Under the pieces are notes generated by a model. It was not told where the DNA came from. It made no database searches and saw only the letters and a program-made list of their open reading frames with translations. From IMG/VR virus record IMGVR_UViG_2874956758_000001: a DNA stretch of 35,721 bases; one strand, given 5' to 3'. Positions 1-9,208 of this stretch are shown here, in pieces. This stretch comes from a virus (taxonomy: Duplodnaviria; Heunggongvirae; Uroviricota; Caudoviricetes). Every line of letters begins with the position of its first letter. The stretch's first letter is position 1. A program made the position numbers and the translations under genes.

Positions 1-396
1 TTAAGGGACACAGCCTAAATCACGATTGATACTCGAAGGTTTAATACCCTGACTTCTTCGGGTGGCGCAGTACTGGCTGATAAGCGATTTCGTAATTTGA
101 AATGCGCATGGGTCATTCGTTATTTTTGTGAAGATTTCAATTTTTCCAAGATTAGATCTCCCATGCTCTTCGTGTTTACCCTTTAAATCCCACCAGATCT
201 GTGTCAGCTCCGACAGACGTCGCTTGTCTGTTGGTTTTGATAGCCATTCTTTATTGTGGTGGTTGTACAACGTGTATTTCTCGAAAGCGACAGCTTCGCT
301 TTTCTTATCAAACTTCCTACGGATGCGTTTTCCATTACGTCCAGTAGGGCGGATGTCCACTTCATATCGACCATCATCGAGTTTTTTGATTGCCAT
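1..396 (-). CDS. int: Phage integrase (tyrosine recombinase), N-terminal part only; gene continues beyond the left edge of the window
   Basis: ORF reads off the window start on the minus strand; N-terminus MAIKKLDDGRYEVDIRPTGRNGKRIRRKF resembles the P2 Int arm-binding region; sits immediately next to the C repressor as in P2. Confidence 0.8.
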   Translation of the reverse strand: MAIKKLDDGRYEVDIRPTGRNGKRIRRKFDKKSEAVAFEKYTLYNHHNKEWLSKPTDKRRLSELTQIWWDLKGKHEEHGRSNLGKIEIFTKITNDPCAFQITKSLISQYCATRRSQGIKPSSINRDLGCVP

Positions 397-511
397 CAGA
401 AAACCCTCCGAGTGGTGTGTTTTTTTGCGACTACTAATCGCTTTTTTCGTGGTGGCTGAAATTTAGCCACCAATAGTAGGCACTTGTGATGAATATATTC
501 ACGATGAATTG

Positions 512-811
512 TTAACCAGTCTTTTGACCGGAGTGGGGCGACGTTGTTTCGTTTTGCCCAAAGTGTGCGAGAGCGGGCGCAATTTGCCCGGACTCAGGAG
601 CGATCTGATTGGTCATGAACCATAAAGTGTATTTGGTGAATTGTGGGGTCTGCAGGATGTTCATCATGACATCTGTTGGAGGTGTTGAACGACCACTTTC
701 ATAGTAACTCAGCGTGCCATACGGAACCCCTGTTAAATCAGCAAGTTGTTGTCTGCTCAAATACTCTGATTTTCGCATTAAGACTATCTTCTCGCTTATC
801 GTGTTTGACAT
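512..811 (-). CDS. C: P2-type immunity repressor C (HTH)
   Basis: 99 aa, the size of P2 C; HTH segment QQLADLTGVPYGTLSYYESG; divergent from cox across a short control region. Confidence 0.85.
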   Translation of the reverse strand: MSNTISEKIVLMRKSEYLSRQQLADLTGVPYGTLSYYESGRSTPPTDVMMNILQTPQFTKYTLWFMTNQIAPESGQIAPALAHFGQNETTSPHSGQKTG

Positions 812-814
812 AGT

Positions 815-844
815 GTTTAGATCTCAATAGTATCTAGTTTAGAT
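815..844. promoter_or_regulatory. Candidate C-repressor operator: direct repeat GTTTAGAT at 815-822 and 837-844 (22 bp centre to centre) in the C/cox divergent promoter region
   Basis: Direct 8-bp repeats seen in sequence between divergent C and cox; P2 C operators are direct repeats flanking the early promoter. Exact operator bounds are inferred. Confidence 0.45.
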
Positions 845-925
845 GTAGATTGTTTAGTGCTTGGATGTGGGCACTAAAAGGCATTATAAGGCATTAAACG
901 CAATTCATGAGGGCTAGAGGACGAC

Positions 926-1201
926 ATGAGCAAGCAAGTAACACTTATGACTGATGCGATTCCTTATCAGGAGTTCGCAAAACTAATAGGAAAATCGACA
1001 GGAGCGGTTCGTCGGATGATCGATAAAGGAAAGTTGCCTGTAATTGATATGACCGATCCACAATCAGCTTCAGGTCGTGCTGGTGAATATTGGGTATACC
1101 TTCCGGCATGGAATAACGGACTAAAACTGGCTTATGAAAGCCGCCCTAAAGAAATTCGTGACGGCTGGTTAATGTGGTTAGGTCTCGGTGAACCACGTTA
1201 A
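926..1201 (+). CDS. cox: Cox excisionase / transcriptional regulator
   Basis: 91 aa, the size of P2 Cox; first gene of the early rightward operon opposite C. Confidence 0.85.
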   Translation: MSKQVTLMTDAIPYQEFAKLIGKSTGAVRRMIDKGKLPVIDMTDPQSASGRAGEYWVYLPAWNNGLKLAYESRPKEIRDGWLMWLGLGEPR

Positions 1202-1211
1202 GGAGAACCGT

Positions 1212-1382
1212 ATGAATGAGCCGCGTTGTATTGCTCAGTTATTGCGTAACGAAAGCCCCAGGGCGATTGACTTCACCATCACCCACGGTAAGGGGCGTAA
1301 GGGAATCATTATCCGCACCAAAAAACAGAGTCCGTTAAAGAAGGCTCTGACCTTTCTGAAAAGCCGGAGGGTCTGGAAATGA
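1212..1382 (+). CDS. Small early-operon hypothetical protein (position of P2 orf78)
   Basis: ATG at 1212 preceded by AAGGAG; the ORF-track start at 1188 lacks a ribosome-binding site. Function unknown. Confidence 0.45.
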   Translation: MNEPRCIAQLLRNESPRAIDFTITHGKGRKGIIIRTKKQSPLKKALTFLKSRRVWK

Positions 1383-1879
1383 CAGTGATGACGCTTAATC
1401 TCGTTGAAAAACAGCCAGCAGCTATGCGCCGGATAATTGGTAAGCATCTGGCCGTCCCTCGCTGGCAGGAGACATGTGATTATTATAATCAGATGATGGA
1501 GCGCGAACGGCTAACAGTTTGCTTTCATGCGCAGTTAAAACAGCGTCACGCAACGATGCGTTTTGAAGAAATGAACGACGTCGAACGTGAACGGCTGGTT
1601 TGTGCAATTGATGAATTGCGTGGGGCATTCTCAAAACGCCGTCAGGTCGGTGCAAGTGAGTATGCATATATTAGCTTTTTAACTGTCAGTCAGCGCCGTA
1701 CTTTATTTATGCACGCACGACTGACAGAAAAAGAATTTAACCAGCCATACTGGCGAATTAATGAAGAATCATGTTACTGGCGTGAAGCTTTATTCCGTGC
1801 ATTACGTGAATTATTCAGCCTGTTTGAGTATGCACCGACAATTCTGACGTCGGTAAAACCAGAGCAATATCTGCATTAA
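1379..1879 (+). CDS. B: Replication protein B (helicase-loader-like)
   Basis: 166 aa, the size and position of P2 B. Confidence 0.8.
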   Translation: MTVMTLNLVEKQPAAMRRIIGKHLAVPRWQETCDYYNQMMERERLTVCFHAQLKQRHATMRFEEMNDVERERLVCAIDELRGAFSKRRQVGASEYAYISFLTVSQRRTLFMHARLTEKEFNQPYWRINEESCYWREALFRALRELFSLFEYAPTILTSVKPEQYLH

Positions 1880-1942
1880 GTAATTAACCAGAGTTTTTAA
1901 CGCACTTAATCGTGCGGGGCTTCTTTTTGCCTGGAGAAAGTT

Positions 1943-2167
1943 ATGCATACAGTTTCTGAAAATCAGTGCGGTAAATACGCATTACTGCTGCAACAGGCCA
2001 GAACCGAAGCACAGGCCGACGCTGCGACGCGCTTTTCTTCTCATCTTGACGCCATGATTCGCCACATCACAAAGGCGGAGTTATCCCGCGTGGAGATAGT
2101 CGAGCTGCTCAGTCAGGAGTCGGAAAAATTTCACAATATCGGATTGTCTCGCGGGGAGGTGCTTTGA
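1943..2167 (+). CDS. Early-operon hypothetical protein (P2 orf80 position)
   Basis: 74-aa ORF in the early operon, translationally coupled to the next ORF. Confidence 0.5.
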   Translation: MHTVSENQCGKYALLLQQARTEAQADAATRFSSHLDAMIRHITKAELSRVEIVELLSQESEKFHNIGLSRGEVL

Positions 2168-2469
2168 TGTCCTGTCCTCGTTCAGTTGTATTACTGAATA
2201 ACGCCTTAAAAATCGCCGTTATGGAAAATGGTGATTTGTCTCTTATTCAACTTTGTCTTGATAAAGAAAAACGCGACATAACTGAATCTGTTATCGCGAT
2301 TTATCAGAACGAATTAAACCTCCTGTCTGATGTGGTCAATTTACTTGTGAAACGCGCTGTATTCCACAAGCAAATCTCCTCCGAGGATGAACTGACGAAA
2401 TTAACGACAGAAATCGCCAGCTATTGCGCTGATGAATTTAAGAAACTGAACGACAAAAGGAGCTGGTGA
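2164..2469 (+). CDS. Early-operon hypothetical protein (P2 orf81 position)
   Basis: 101-aa ORF overlapping its neighbours by 4 nt at both ends. Confidence 0.5.
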   Translation: MMSCPRSVVLLNNALKIAVMENGDLSLIQLCLDKEKRDITESVIAIYQNELNLLSDVVNLLVKRAVFHKQISSEDELTKLTTEIASYCADEFKKLNDKRSW

Positions 2470-2693
2470 TGCCGGATAACGTAGATTTTATTCAGGAACA
2501 ACAGGCTGAATTACTGGAGCGCCAGATTAACGCGGCAAGGGGGAAACATTGCGGTGTTTCTGCGCTGGTTTGCGAAGAGTGTGACGCGCCAATACCTACT
2601 GCGCGTCGTGCGGCTTATCCGTCAGCCACGCGTTGTGTTTCCTGTCAGTCAGTCTTTGAAGCAAAAAACAAGCATTACCGGAGAATGGCATGA
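2466..2693 (+). CDS. Small C4 zinc-finger protein, TraR/DksA-like (P2 orf82 position)
   Basis: Two Cys pairs, CEECDAPIP and CVSCQ, in a 75-aa protein. Confidence 0.6.
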   Translation: MMPDNVDFIQEQQAELLERQINAARGKHCGVSALVCEECDAPIPTARRAAYPSATRCVSCQSVFEAKNKHYRRMA

Positions 2694-2965
2694 GTATTCG
2701 TATCGAAATTGGTGAACGTTATGTCGTTACCAGTGACAGCTTTCAGTTTATTCTCCACGAGAAAAAGAGAGCGGAAAGCGGTAAAAACGCCGGTCAGGAA
2801 TGGCTGGCGGTGGTTGGTTATTACCCGAAATTAATCCAGCTCGTTTCCGGCCTGATGCATCACGATATTCTGACCGGAAGCGCAAAGTCTTTTGCTGATT
2901 TAAACGCGCAGGTTGAGCAACTCAGCAAGCGTTGCTCAGAGGCTTTTGGCTCATATGGCCGTTAA
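2690..2965 (+). CDS. Early-operon hypothetical protein (P2 orf83 position)
   Basis: 91-aa ORF overlapping the start of gene A. Confidence 0.5.
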   Translation: MSIRIEIGERYVVTSDSFQFILHEKKRAESGKNAGQEWLAVVGYYPKLIQLVSGLMHHDILTGSAKSFADLNAQVEQLSKRCSEAFGSYGR

Positions 2966-5231
2966 AGCCTCCGGGCGTTTTGTCCCTCCGTCAGCATTTG
3001 CCGCAGGCATCGGTAAGATGTTTACCGGTGCTTATGCATGGAACGCACCACGCGAGGCTGTCGGGCGCGAAAGACCTCTTACACGTGATGAGATGCGTCA
3101 GGTGCAAGGTGTTTTATCCACGATTAACCGCCTGCCTTACTTTTTGCGCTCGCTGTTTACTTCACGCTATGACTACATCAGGCGCAATAAAAGCCCGGTG
3201 CACGGGTTTTATTTCCTCACATCCACTTTTCAGCGTCGTTTATGGCCGCGCATTGAGCGCGTGAATCAGCGCCATGAAATGAACACCGATGCGTCGTTGC
3301 TGTTTCTGGCAGAGCGCGACCAGTATGCGCGCCTGCCGGGAATGAATGACAAGGAGCTGAAAAAGTTTGCTGCCCGTATCTCATCGCAGCTTTTCATGAT
3401 GTATGAGGAACTCTGCGATGCCTGGGTGGATGCGCATGGCGAGAAAGAATCGCTGTTTACGGATGAGGCGCAGGCTCACCTCTATGGTCATGTTGCTGGC
3501 GCTGCACGTGCTTTCAATATTTCCCCTCTCTACTGGAAAAAATACCGTAAAGGACAGATGACCACGAGGCAGGCATATTCTGCCATTGCCCGTCTGTTTA
3601 ACGATGAGTGGTGGACTCATCAGCTTAAAGGCCAGCGTATGCGCTGGCATGAGGCGTTACTGATAGCTGTCGGGGAGGTCAATAAAGACCGTTCTCCTTA
3701 TGCCAGTAAACATGCCATTCGGGATGTGCGTGCGCGCCGCCAGGCAAATCTGGAATTTCTTAAATCGTGTGACCTTGAAAACAGGGAAACCGGCGAGCGC
3801 ATCGACCTTATCAGTAAGGTGATGGGCAGTATTTCTAATCCTGAAATTCGCCGGATGGAGCTGATGAACACCATTGCCGGTATTGAGCGTTACGCCCCCT
3901 CAGAGGGTGATGTGGGGATGTTTATCACGCTTACCGCGCCGTCAAAGTATCACCCGACACGTCAGGTTGGAAAAGGCGAAAATAAAACCGTCCAGCTTAA
4001 TCACGGCTGGAATGATGAGGCATTTAATCCAAAGGATGCGCAGCGTTATCTCTGCCGTATCTGGAGCCTGATGCGCACGGCATTCAAGGATAATGATTTA
4101 CAGGTCTACGGTTTGCGAGTCGTCGAGCCACACCACGACGGAACGCCGCACTGGCATATGATGCTTTTTTGTAATCCACGCCAGCGTAACCAGATTATCG
4201 AAATCATGCATCGCTATGCGCTCAAAGAGGATGGCGACGAAAGAGGAGCCGCGCGAAACCGTTTTCAGGCAAAACACCTTAACCGGGGCGGTGCTGCGGG
4301 ATATATCGCGAAATACATTTCAAAAAATATCGACGGCTATGCACTGGATGGTCAGCTCGATAACGATACCGGCAGACCGCTGAAAGATACTGCGGCGGCT
4401 GTTACCGCATGGGCGTCAACGTGGCGCATCCCGCAATTTAAAACGGTTGGCCTGCCGACAATGGGAGCTTACCGTGAGCTACGTAAATTGCCTCGCGGCG
4501 TCAGCATTGCTGATGAATTTGACGAACGCGTGGAGGCTGCACGCGCCGCCGCAGACAGTGGCGATTTTGCGCTGTATATCAGCGCGCAGGGCGGGGCAAA
4601 TGTCCCGCGCGATTGTCAGACTGTCAGGGTCGCCCGTAGCCCGTCGGATGACGTTAACGAATACGAGGAAGAAGTCGAGAGAGTGGTCGGCATTTACGCG
4701 CCGCATCTCGGCGCGCGTCATATTCATATCACCAGAACGACGGACTGGCGCATTGTGCCGAAAGTGCCGGTCGTTGAACCTTTGACTTTAAAAAGCGGCA
4801 TCGCCGCGCCTCGGAGTCCTGTGAATAACTGTGGAAAGCTCACCGGTGGTGATACTTCGTTACCGGCTCCCACACCTTCTGAGCACGCCGCAGCAGTGCT
4901 TAATCTGATTGATGACGGTGTTATCGAATGGAATGAGCCGGAGGTCGTGAAGGCGCTCCGGGGCGCATTAAAACACGGGCTGAGAACGCCAAACCGTCAG
5001 CAAAGAAACGGAAGCACGTTAAAACCACATGAAATTGCACCATCGGCCAGACTGAGCCGGTCGGAACGATTGCAAATCACCCGTATCCGCGTTGACCTTG
5101 CTCAGAATGGAATCTTGCCCCAGCGATGGGAGCTTGAGGCGCTGGCGCGTGGGGCAACCGTAAATTATGACGGGAAACAATTCACGTATCTGGCTGCTGA
5201 TGAGTGGCCGGGATTCTCAACAAACATATAA
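2955..5231 (+). CDS. A: Replication initiator A (rolling-circle HUH endonuclease)
   Basis: About 758 aa from ATG 2955 (MAVKASG); the ORF is open from 2913. HUH motif PHWHMMLF present; size and position match P2 gpA. Confidence 0.88.
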   Translation: MAVKASGRFVPPSAFAAGIGKMFTGAYAWNAPREAVGRERPLTRDEMRQVQGVLSTINRLPYFLRSLFTSRYDYIRRNKSPVHGFYFLTSTFQRRLWPRIERVNQRHEMNTDASLLFLAERDQYARLPGMNDKELKKFAARISSQLFMMYEELCDAWVDAHGEKESLFTDEAQAHLYGHVAGAARAFNISPLYWKKYRKGQMTTRQAYSAIARLFNDEWWTHQLKGQRMRWHEALLIAVGEVNKDRSPYASKHAIRDVRARRQANLEFLKSCDLENRETGERIDLISKVMGSISNPEIRRMELMNTIAGIERYAPSEGDVGMFITLTAPSKYHPTRQVGKGENKTVQLNHGWNDEAFNPKDAQRYLCRIWSLMRTAFKDNDLQVYGLRVVEPHHDGTPHWHMMLFCNPRQRNQIIEIMHRYALKEDGDERGAARNRFQAKHLNRGGAAGYIAKYISKNIDGYALDGQLDNDTGRPLKDTAAAVTAWASTWRIPQFKTVGLPTMGAYRELRKLPRGVSIADEFDERVEAARAAADSGDFALYISAQGGANVPRDCQTVRVARSPSDDVNEYEEEVERVVGIYAPHLGARHIHITRTTDWRIVPKVPVVEPLTLKSGIAAPRSPVNNCGKLTGGDTSLPAPTPSEHAAAVLNLIDDGVIEWNEPEVVKALRGALKHGLRTPNRQQRNGSTLKPHEIAPSARLSRSERLQITRIRVDLAQNGILPQRWELEALARGATVNYDGKQFTYLAADEWPGFSTNI

Positions 5232-5292
5232 AAATGATTGAAATGGTTGATTTTGCTTCCACTTGATGGTTGGTATCAGCAACTGATGGATC

Positions 5293-5553
5293 ATGCGGAA
5301 CTGCGTGGCAATCTTGCTTTGGAAGCATGTCATTATGACTAATGCATACATTACTAGCTATGCGTCCGGTTCCGCCATTGTACTCGAGCAAGAGTCTCCG
5401 GCTGATGGCTATTGTTTACAAATTATGGTCAAAGAGAATCTGACCCTCTACGAGTTGGTCGGAGGGACTGAGATCGTCAGTGATAACTGCAGCCGTATGG
5501 GAGAAATAAATAATCCCAACCGTCCATATTTCTACCTTCACGCGTGCCCATAA
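5293..5553 (+). CDS. Hypothetical small protein downstream of A
   Basis: 86-aa ORF (alternative start MTNAYI at 5335) followed by a hairpin; no recognisable motif. Confidence 0.3.
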   Translation: MRNCVAILLWKHVIMTNAYITSYASGSAIVLEQESPADGYCLQIMVKENLTLYELVGGTEIVSDNCSRMGEINNPNRPYFYLHACP

Positions 5554-5576
5554 TCTGTCACCACGTTGACCATAGA

Positions 5577-5620
5577 AAACCCCGCCGACGCTGAAACTCG
5601 CTTTCAGTGCTGGCGGGGTT
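5577..5620. terminator. GC-rich hairpin between the converging A-side ORF and the RT locus
   Basis: Imperfect inverted repeat AACCCCGCCGACGCTGAAA / TTTCAGTGCTGGCGGGGTT, with a T-run on the minus-strand side. Confidence 0.5.
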
Positions 5621-5873
5621 GAACAACGAGCTTGCGAGGCGTTAGGGATGTCGAAATTTCATATGACTGTTCGCTTTAATGCTTAACGAAGTCATGTTGA
5701 GTTAATAACATTGTTTCGTTAAGCGCTGTGTTCCTTGTCGAATAAGTTCACTTCTTCTGGTGTAATATCAGTATCCATTTCTTCGAATGCATCTAAATCC
5801 ACAATTTTTGTTTTTTTCAAAATTGATAGTATTTTCTGTTTGTTTTTATTTTTGGCTGAACCCGGAATCCACT

Positions 5874-6311
5874 CTACATCCCACAGGCCATCAATGGTAA
5901 ATGTTTTTTTTCCTTGAGTTCATCATTTATGCGTTGACATAGGGCTGTTTTGTAATCGCCTTCCCATTGTGTGTGTATCTTCCCTTGAACTCGTTGAAAC
6001 CAAATATCTAACATTTCAGTATTTGGTTGTTTACCTAGTTTACAATGAAGTTGTTGTAACTTGCCAAATTTGAGTTCATCGTCGTCATAAAGGAAGGTCA
6101 AGAGTTTTGCGAAAATAGCCATTCCCACTGGGTAGGTGGTTGGGTTTTTAGCCATGATGCTTGAAACAATTCCAAGCATTGCATCTAGTTGATGCCCACT
6201 ATTTGTGATCTTTTTCTTCCTAAATAATTTTCGCAAGAAACCATTTAAATATCTGACTGTAATTTTGGAGTTTTGATGTTTTAAAGAAAATAAATATATT
6301 GCATACAACAT
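5874..6311 (-). CDS. C-terminal fragment of the Abi-P2-like reverse transcriptase (helical C-terminal domain); frame continues from the upstream RT ORF across an A-run
   Basis: AT-rich 145-aa ORF; its frame is open upstream into the end of the RT ORF, and a third frame continues past its stop to about 5727. Confidence 0.55.
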   Translation of the reverse strand: MLYAIYLFSLKHQNSKITVRYLNGFLRKLFRKKKITNSGHQLDAMLGIVSSIMAKNPTTYPVGMAIFAKLLTFLYDDDELKFGKLQQLHCKLGKQPNTEMLDIWFQRVQGKIHTQWEGDYKTALCQRINDELKEKKHLPLMACGM

Positions 6312-6337
6312 TTTCTGTAGGGAGTTGAACGACCCTT

Positions 6338-7264
6338 CTATAATATATTCTTTTTTGCTGATTTAAGGGAGTGAAGAATGATGTCGTCATGTAGTTCTGT
6401 TTTTCTTGAGTTTAAATCAAGCCCAAACTCACCTAAGACCTCAACCAAACACTTTGAGATTTTGTCCAAATCATCTTTACTGCTTGAAAATATTCGATAA
6501 TCATCTCTGTAGCGAACTACTTTGTAATCCGTTATTTTTTGCTCTTCGGTTTTTTTTCTTAGCTGTAAATCAATTTCGCCTAAAATTAATTCGGCAAATG
6601 TATCCATCAACGTACTACCCAATGGTATTCCGTTTGTCTGATTACTCATCATCATCTGGATATGAGTGTCAATCAATCGTCCTGGGTTATTGTTATTTTC
6701 TTTCTTTTTGGCCTCTTCTTTTGAGATGAATACCCATTCAAAGCTATGAGTGTAAATAGAAGGGTAGAAGTTTGAAATGTCTGTGCTGAACATGAACTCA
6801 TACTCAAGAGCCAATGAAAGACTTTTTTGTTCAAAATCTTCCCACCAGTTTAAAACAGATGCAGCTACGTTTGAGGTGTTCTTTTTGCTCACTGGGGTAC
6901 TTGAGCATAAAAAAAGATCATTAGACTCAAACTCTCTAAATTTATTCCTTATAGCATTCCAGTTGGAAGGGGATGTAATAAGTTTACAAAAATACACGTA
7001 GTACAGAGGATTAATTAGTGTTATTCGTCGCCAGCTATATAAGCCATCTTTGCTGACTAAAACCTCGTAATTTATATTCTTCCCCATCAATGACTTGGAG
7101 TCAGGTTGGAAGTTGATTTTACCTTCATCTATCGCGGAGTTGATTTCTTCAAGCAAGGAAGAAAAATCGACATAACTGGGTAGCTCCAGAGTAGTGTATG
7201 AATCATGCTGCAGAAAATACTTAAGCGCTCTACCAGTAGTTAATTCATAAATCTTTTTCATAAT
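6338..7264 (-). CDS. Reverse transcriptase, Abi-P2 / UG-Abi class (defence-associated RT), N-terminal and catalytic part
   Basis: RT motifs seen directly: FMFSTDISNFYPSIY, GIPLGSTLMDTF, VVRYRDDYRIF (YxDD), LDLNSRKTEL. Probable start MKKIYEL at 7264; the ORF is open to 7387. AT-rich compared with phage core genes. Confidence 0.75.
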   Translation of the reverse strand: MMKKIYELTTGRALKYFLQHDSYTTLELPSYVDFSSLLEEINSAIDEGKINFQPDSKSLMGKNINYEVLVSKDGLYSWRRITLINPLYYVYFCKLITSPSNWNAIRNKFREFESNDLFLCSSTPVSKKNTSNVAASVLNWWEDFEQKSLSLALEYEFMFSTDISNFYPSIYTHSFEWVFISKEEAKKKENNNNPGRLIDTHIQMMMSNQTNGIPLGSTLMDTFAELILGEIDLQLRKKTEEQKITDYKVVRYRDDYRIFSSSKDDLDKISKCLVEVLGEFGLDLNSRKTELHDDIILHSLKSAKKNIL

Positions 7265-7467
7265 TAGTGATTTCTTCTTAAGTTGCGCACAAATAACTAC
7301 CTGTTTTCTATCATGATAACGATGCGAATGCGAGCAATTCAGGAAGTGCATTACTCTGCATCGAAGCGCACGCAAGTCAGAGAACAATAACTGCCTTGCG
7401 ACATCAGGACTGGCGCGCTAGTTGAGTGGTCATGCAACTGCATTAAAACCGCCCCATGAAGCGGGCG

Positions 7468-7486
7468 GGCGAGGCGGGGAAAGCAC
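7468..7486. other. cos: P2-type cohesive end (cos) sequence GGCGAGGCGGGGAAAGCAC
   Basis: Exact 19-nt string matching my recollection of the P2/186 cohesive end, in the expected position between the A-side variable locus and portal gene Q. Confidence 0.7.
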
Positions 7487-7628
7487 TGCGCGCTGGCGGT
7501 GGTGCTGATTTTATTTTTTCAGCGTCTGAGCGCGTCGTGATGGCGTTTAGATTGTGTGCCGGGGCGTTGGTTTGTCTGCGGGCTGTTTTGCGCGGAGGTG
7601 AGCGTGTGAGGGCGTGATGACGGGGTGT

Positions 7629-7650
7629 AAAAAAGCCGCCCGCAGGCGGC
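7629..7650 (-). terminator. Rho-independent terminator downstream of Q
   Basis: GCCGCC-CGCA-GGCGGC hairpin followed by TTTTTT on the minus strand, directly after the Q stop. Confidence 0.6.
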
Positions 7651-7655
7651 GATGT

Positions 7656-8690
7656 TCAGCCGTTGTCAGTGTCCAGTGAGTAGTTTTTAAAGCGGATGAC
7701 CTCCTGACCGAGCCAGCCGTTTATTTCCCGAATCCTGTCCTGTAACGGGATAAGCTCATTGCGGACAAAGACCTTTGCCACTTTCTCAATATCACCCAGC
7801 GACCCGACGTTCTCCGGCTTGCCGCCCATCAACTGAAAGGGGATGCGGTGCGCGTCCAGCAGGTCAGCGGCGCTGGCTTTTTTGATATTAAAAAAATCGT
7901 CCTTCGTTGCCACTTCACTGAGTGGGATAATTTTAATGCCGTCGGCTTTCCCCTGTGGGGCATAGAGAAACAGGTTTTTAAAGTTGTTGCGGCCTTTCGA
8001 CTTCACCATGTTTTCGCGGAGCATTTCGATATCGTTGCGATCCTGCACGGCATCGGTGACGTACATGATGTATCCGGCATGTGCGCCGTTTTCGTAATAC
8101 TTGCGGCGGAACAGCGTGGCTGATTCATTCAGCCAGGCAGAGTTAAGGGCGCTGAGATATTCCGGCAGGCCGTACAGCTCCTGATTGATATCCGGCTCCA
8201 GCAGGTGAAACACGGAGCCGGGCGTGAAAGGTGTTGGCTCGTTGAAGGACGGCACCCACCAGTAAATATCTTCTTCCACACCACGGCGGGTATATTTTGC
8301 CGGTGAGGTTTCCAGTCTGATGACCTTACCGGTGGTGCTGTAACGCTTTTCCAGAAACGCATTACCGAACACCAGAAAATCCAGCACAAAGCGGCTGAAA
8401 TCCTGCTGGGAAAGCCACGGATGCGGGATAAATGTCGAGGCCAGAATATTACGTTTGACGTAAATCGGGGAGCTGTGATGCACGGCAGCACGCAGGCTTT
8501 TTGCCAGACCGGTAAAGCTGACCGGTGGCTCATACCATCTGCCGTTACTGATGCACTCGACGTAATCCAGAATGTCACGGCGATCGAGTACCGGCACCGG
8601 CTCACCAAAGGTGAATGCCTCCATTTTCGGGGCGCTGGCGGTCATTGTTTTTGCCGCTGGTCGCGGTGTTTTCCCTTTTTTCTTGCTCAT
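7656..8690 (-). CDS. Q: Portal protein
   Basis: 344 aa, the size and position of P2 gpQ next to cos and upstream of P. Confidence 0.88.
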   Translation of the reverse strand: MSKKKGKTPRPAAKTMTASAPKMEAFTFGEPVPVLDRRDILDYVECISNGRWYEPPVSFTGLAKSLRAAVHHSSPIYVKRNILASTFIPHPWLSQQDFSRFVLDFLVFGNAFLEKRYSTTGKVIRLETSPAKYTRRGVEEDIYWWVPSFNEPTPFTPGSVFHLLEPDINQELYGLPEYLSALNSAWLNESATLFRRKYYENGAHAGYIMYVTDAVQDRNDIEMLRENMVKSKGRNNFKNLFLYAPQGKADGIKIIPLSEVATKDDFFNIKKASAADLLDAHRIPFQLMGGKPENVGSLGDIEKVAKVFVRNELIPLQDRIREINGWLGQEVIRFKNYSLDTDNG

Positions 8691-9208
8691 CAGTAAAACT
8701 CCAGAATGGTGGATGTCAGCGGAGTGCTGATACCGGCGGTGAGTGGCTCATTTAACAGGGCGTGCATGGTCGCCCAGGCGAGGTCGGCGTGGCTGGCTTC
8801 CTCGCTGCGGCTGGCCTCATAGGTGGCGCTGCGTCCGCTGCTGGTCATGGTCTTGCGGATAGCCATAAACGAGCTGGTGATGTCGGTGGCGCTGACGTCA
8901 TATTCCAGACAGCCACGGCGGATAACGTCTTTTGCCTTGAGCACCATTGCGGTTTTCATTTCCGGCGTGTAGCGGATATCGCGAGCGGCGGGATAGAACG
9001 AGCGCACGAGCTGGAACACACCGACACCGAGGCCGGTGGCATCAATCCCGATGTATTCGACGTTGTATTTTTCGGTGAGTTTGCGGATGGATTCTGCCTG
9101 GGTGGCAAAGTCCATGCCTTTCCACTGGTGACGCTCAAGTATTCTGAATTTGCCACCGGCCACCACCGGCGGTGCCAGCACCACGCATCCGGCGCATAGT
9201 CTTCCCAT
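8690..9208 (-). CDS. P: Terminase large subunit gpP, C-terminal (nuclease domain) portion, in a different frame from the N-terminal portion
   Basis: This frame reads GKFRILERHQWKGMDFATQAESIRKLTEKYNVEYIGIDATGLGVG; it overlaps the N-terminal ORF, whose translation degenerates into low-complexity sequence in the overlap. Confidence 0.7.
   Translation of the reverse strand: MGRLCAGCVVLAPPVVAGGKFRILERHQWKGMDFATQAESIRKLTEKYNVEYIGIDATGLGVGVFQLVRSFYPAARDIRYTPEMKTAMVLKAKDVIRRGCLEYDVSATDITSSFMAIRKTMTSSGRSATYEASRSEEASHADLAWATMHALLNEPLTAGISTPLTSTILEFY

Noticed and set aside
5611-5873. Possible structured non-coding RNA partner of the RT (retron-like msr/msd)
   Set aside because: The region is better explained as the 3' continuation of the RT reading frame after a homopolymer frameshift. 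I saw no long inverted repeats of the retron type, and this RT class is not known to need a ncRNA.
6406-7001. Plus-strand ORFs of 107 and 74 aa in the RT locus
   Set aside because: Antisense to the reverse transcriptase, which carries clear catalytic motifs on the minus strand; the AT-rich region gives spurious open frames.
8129-8608. 159-aa minus-strand ORF inside Q
   Set aside because: Alternative frame of portal gene Q; Cys/Trp/Arg-rich nonsense composition.
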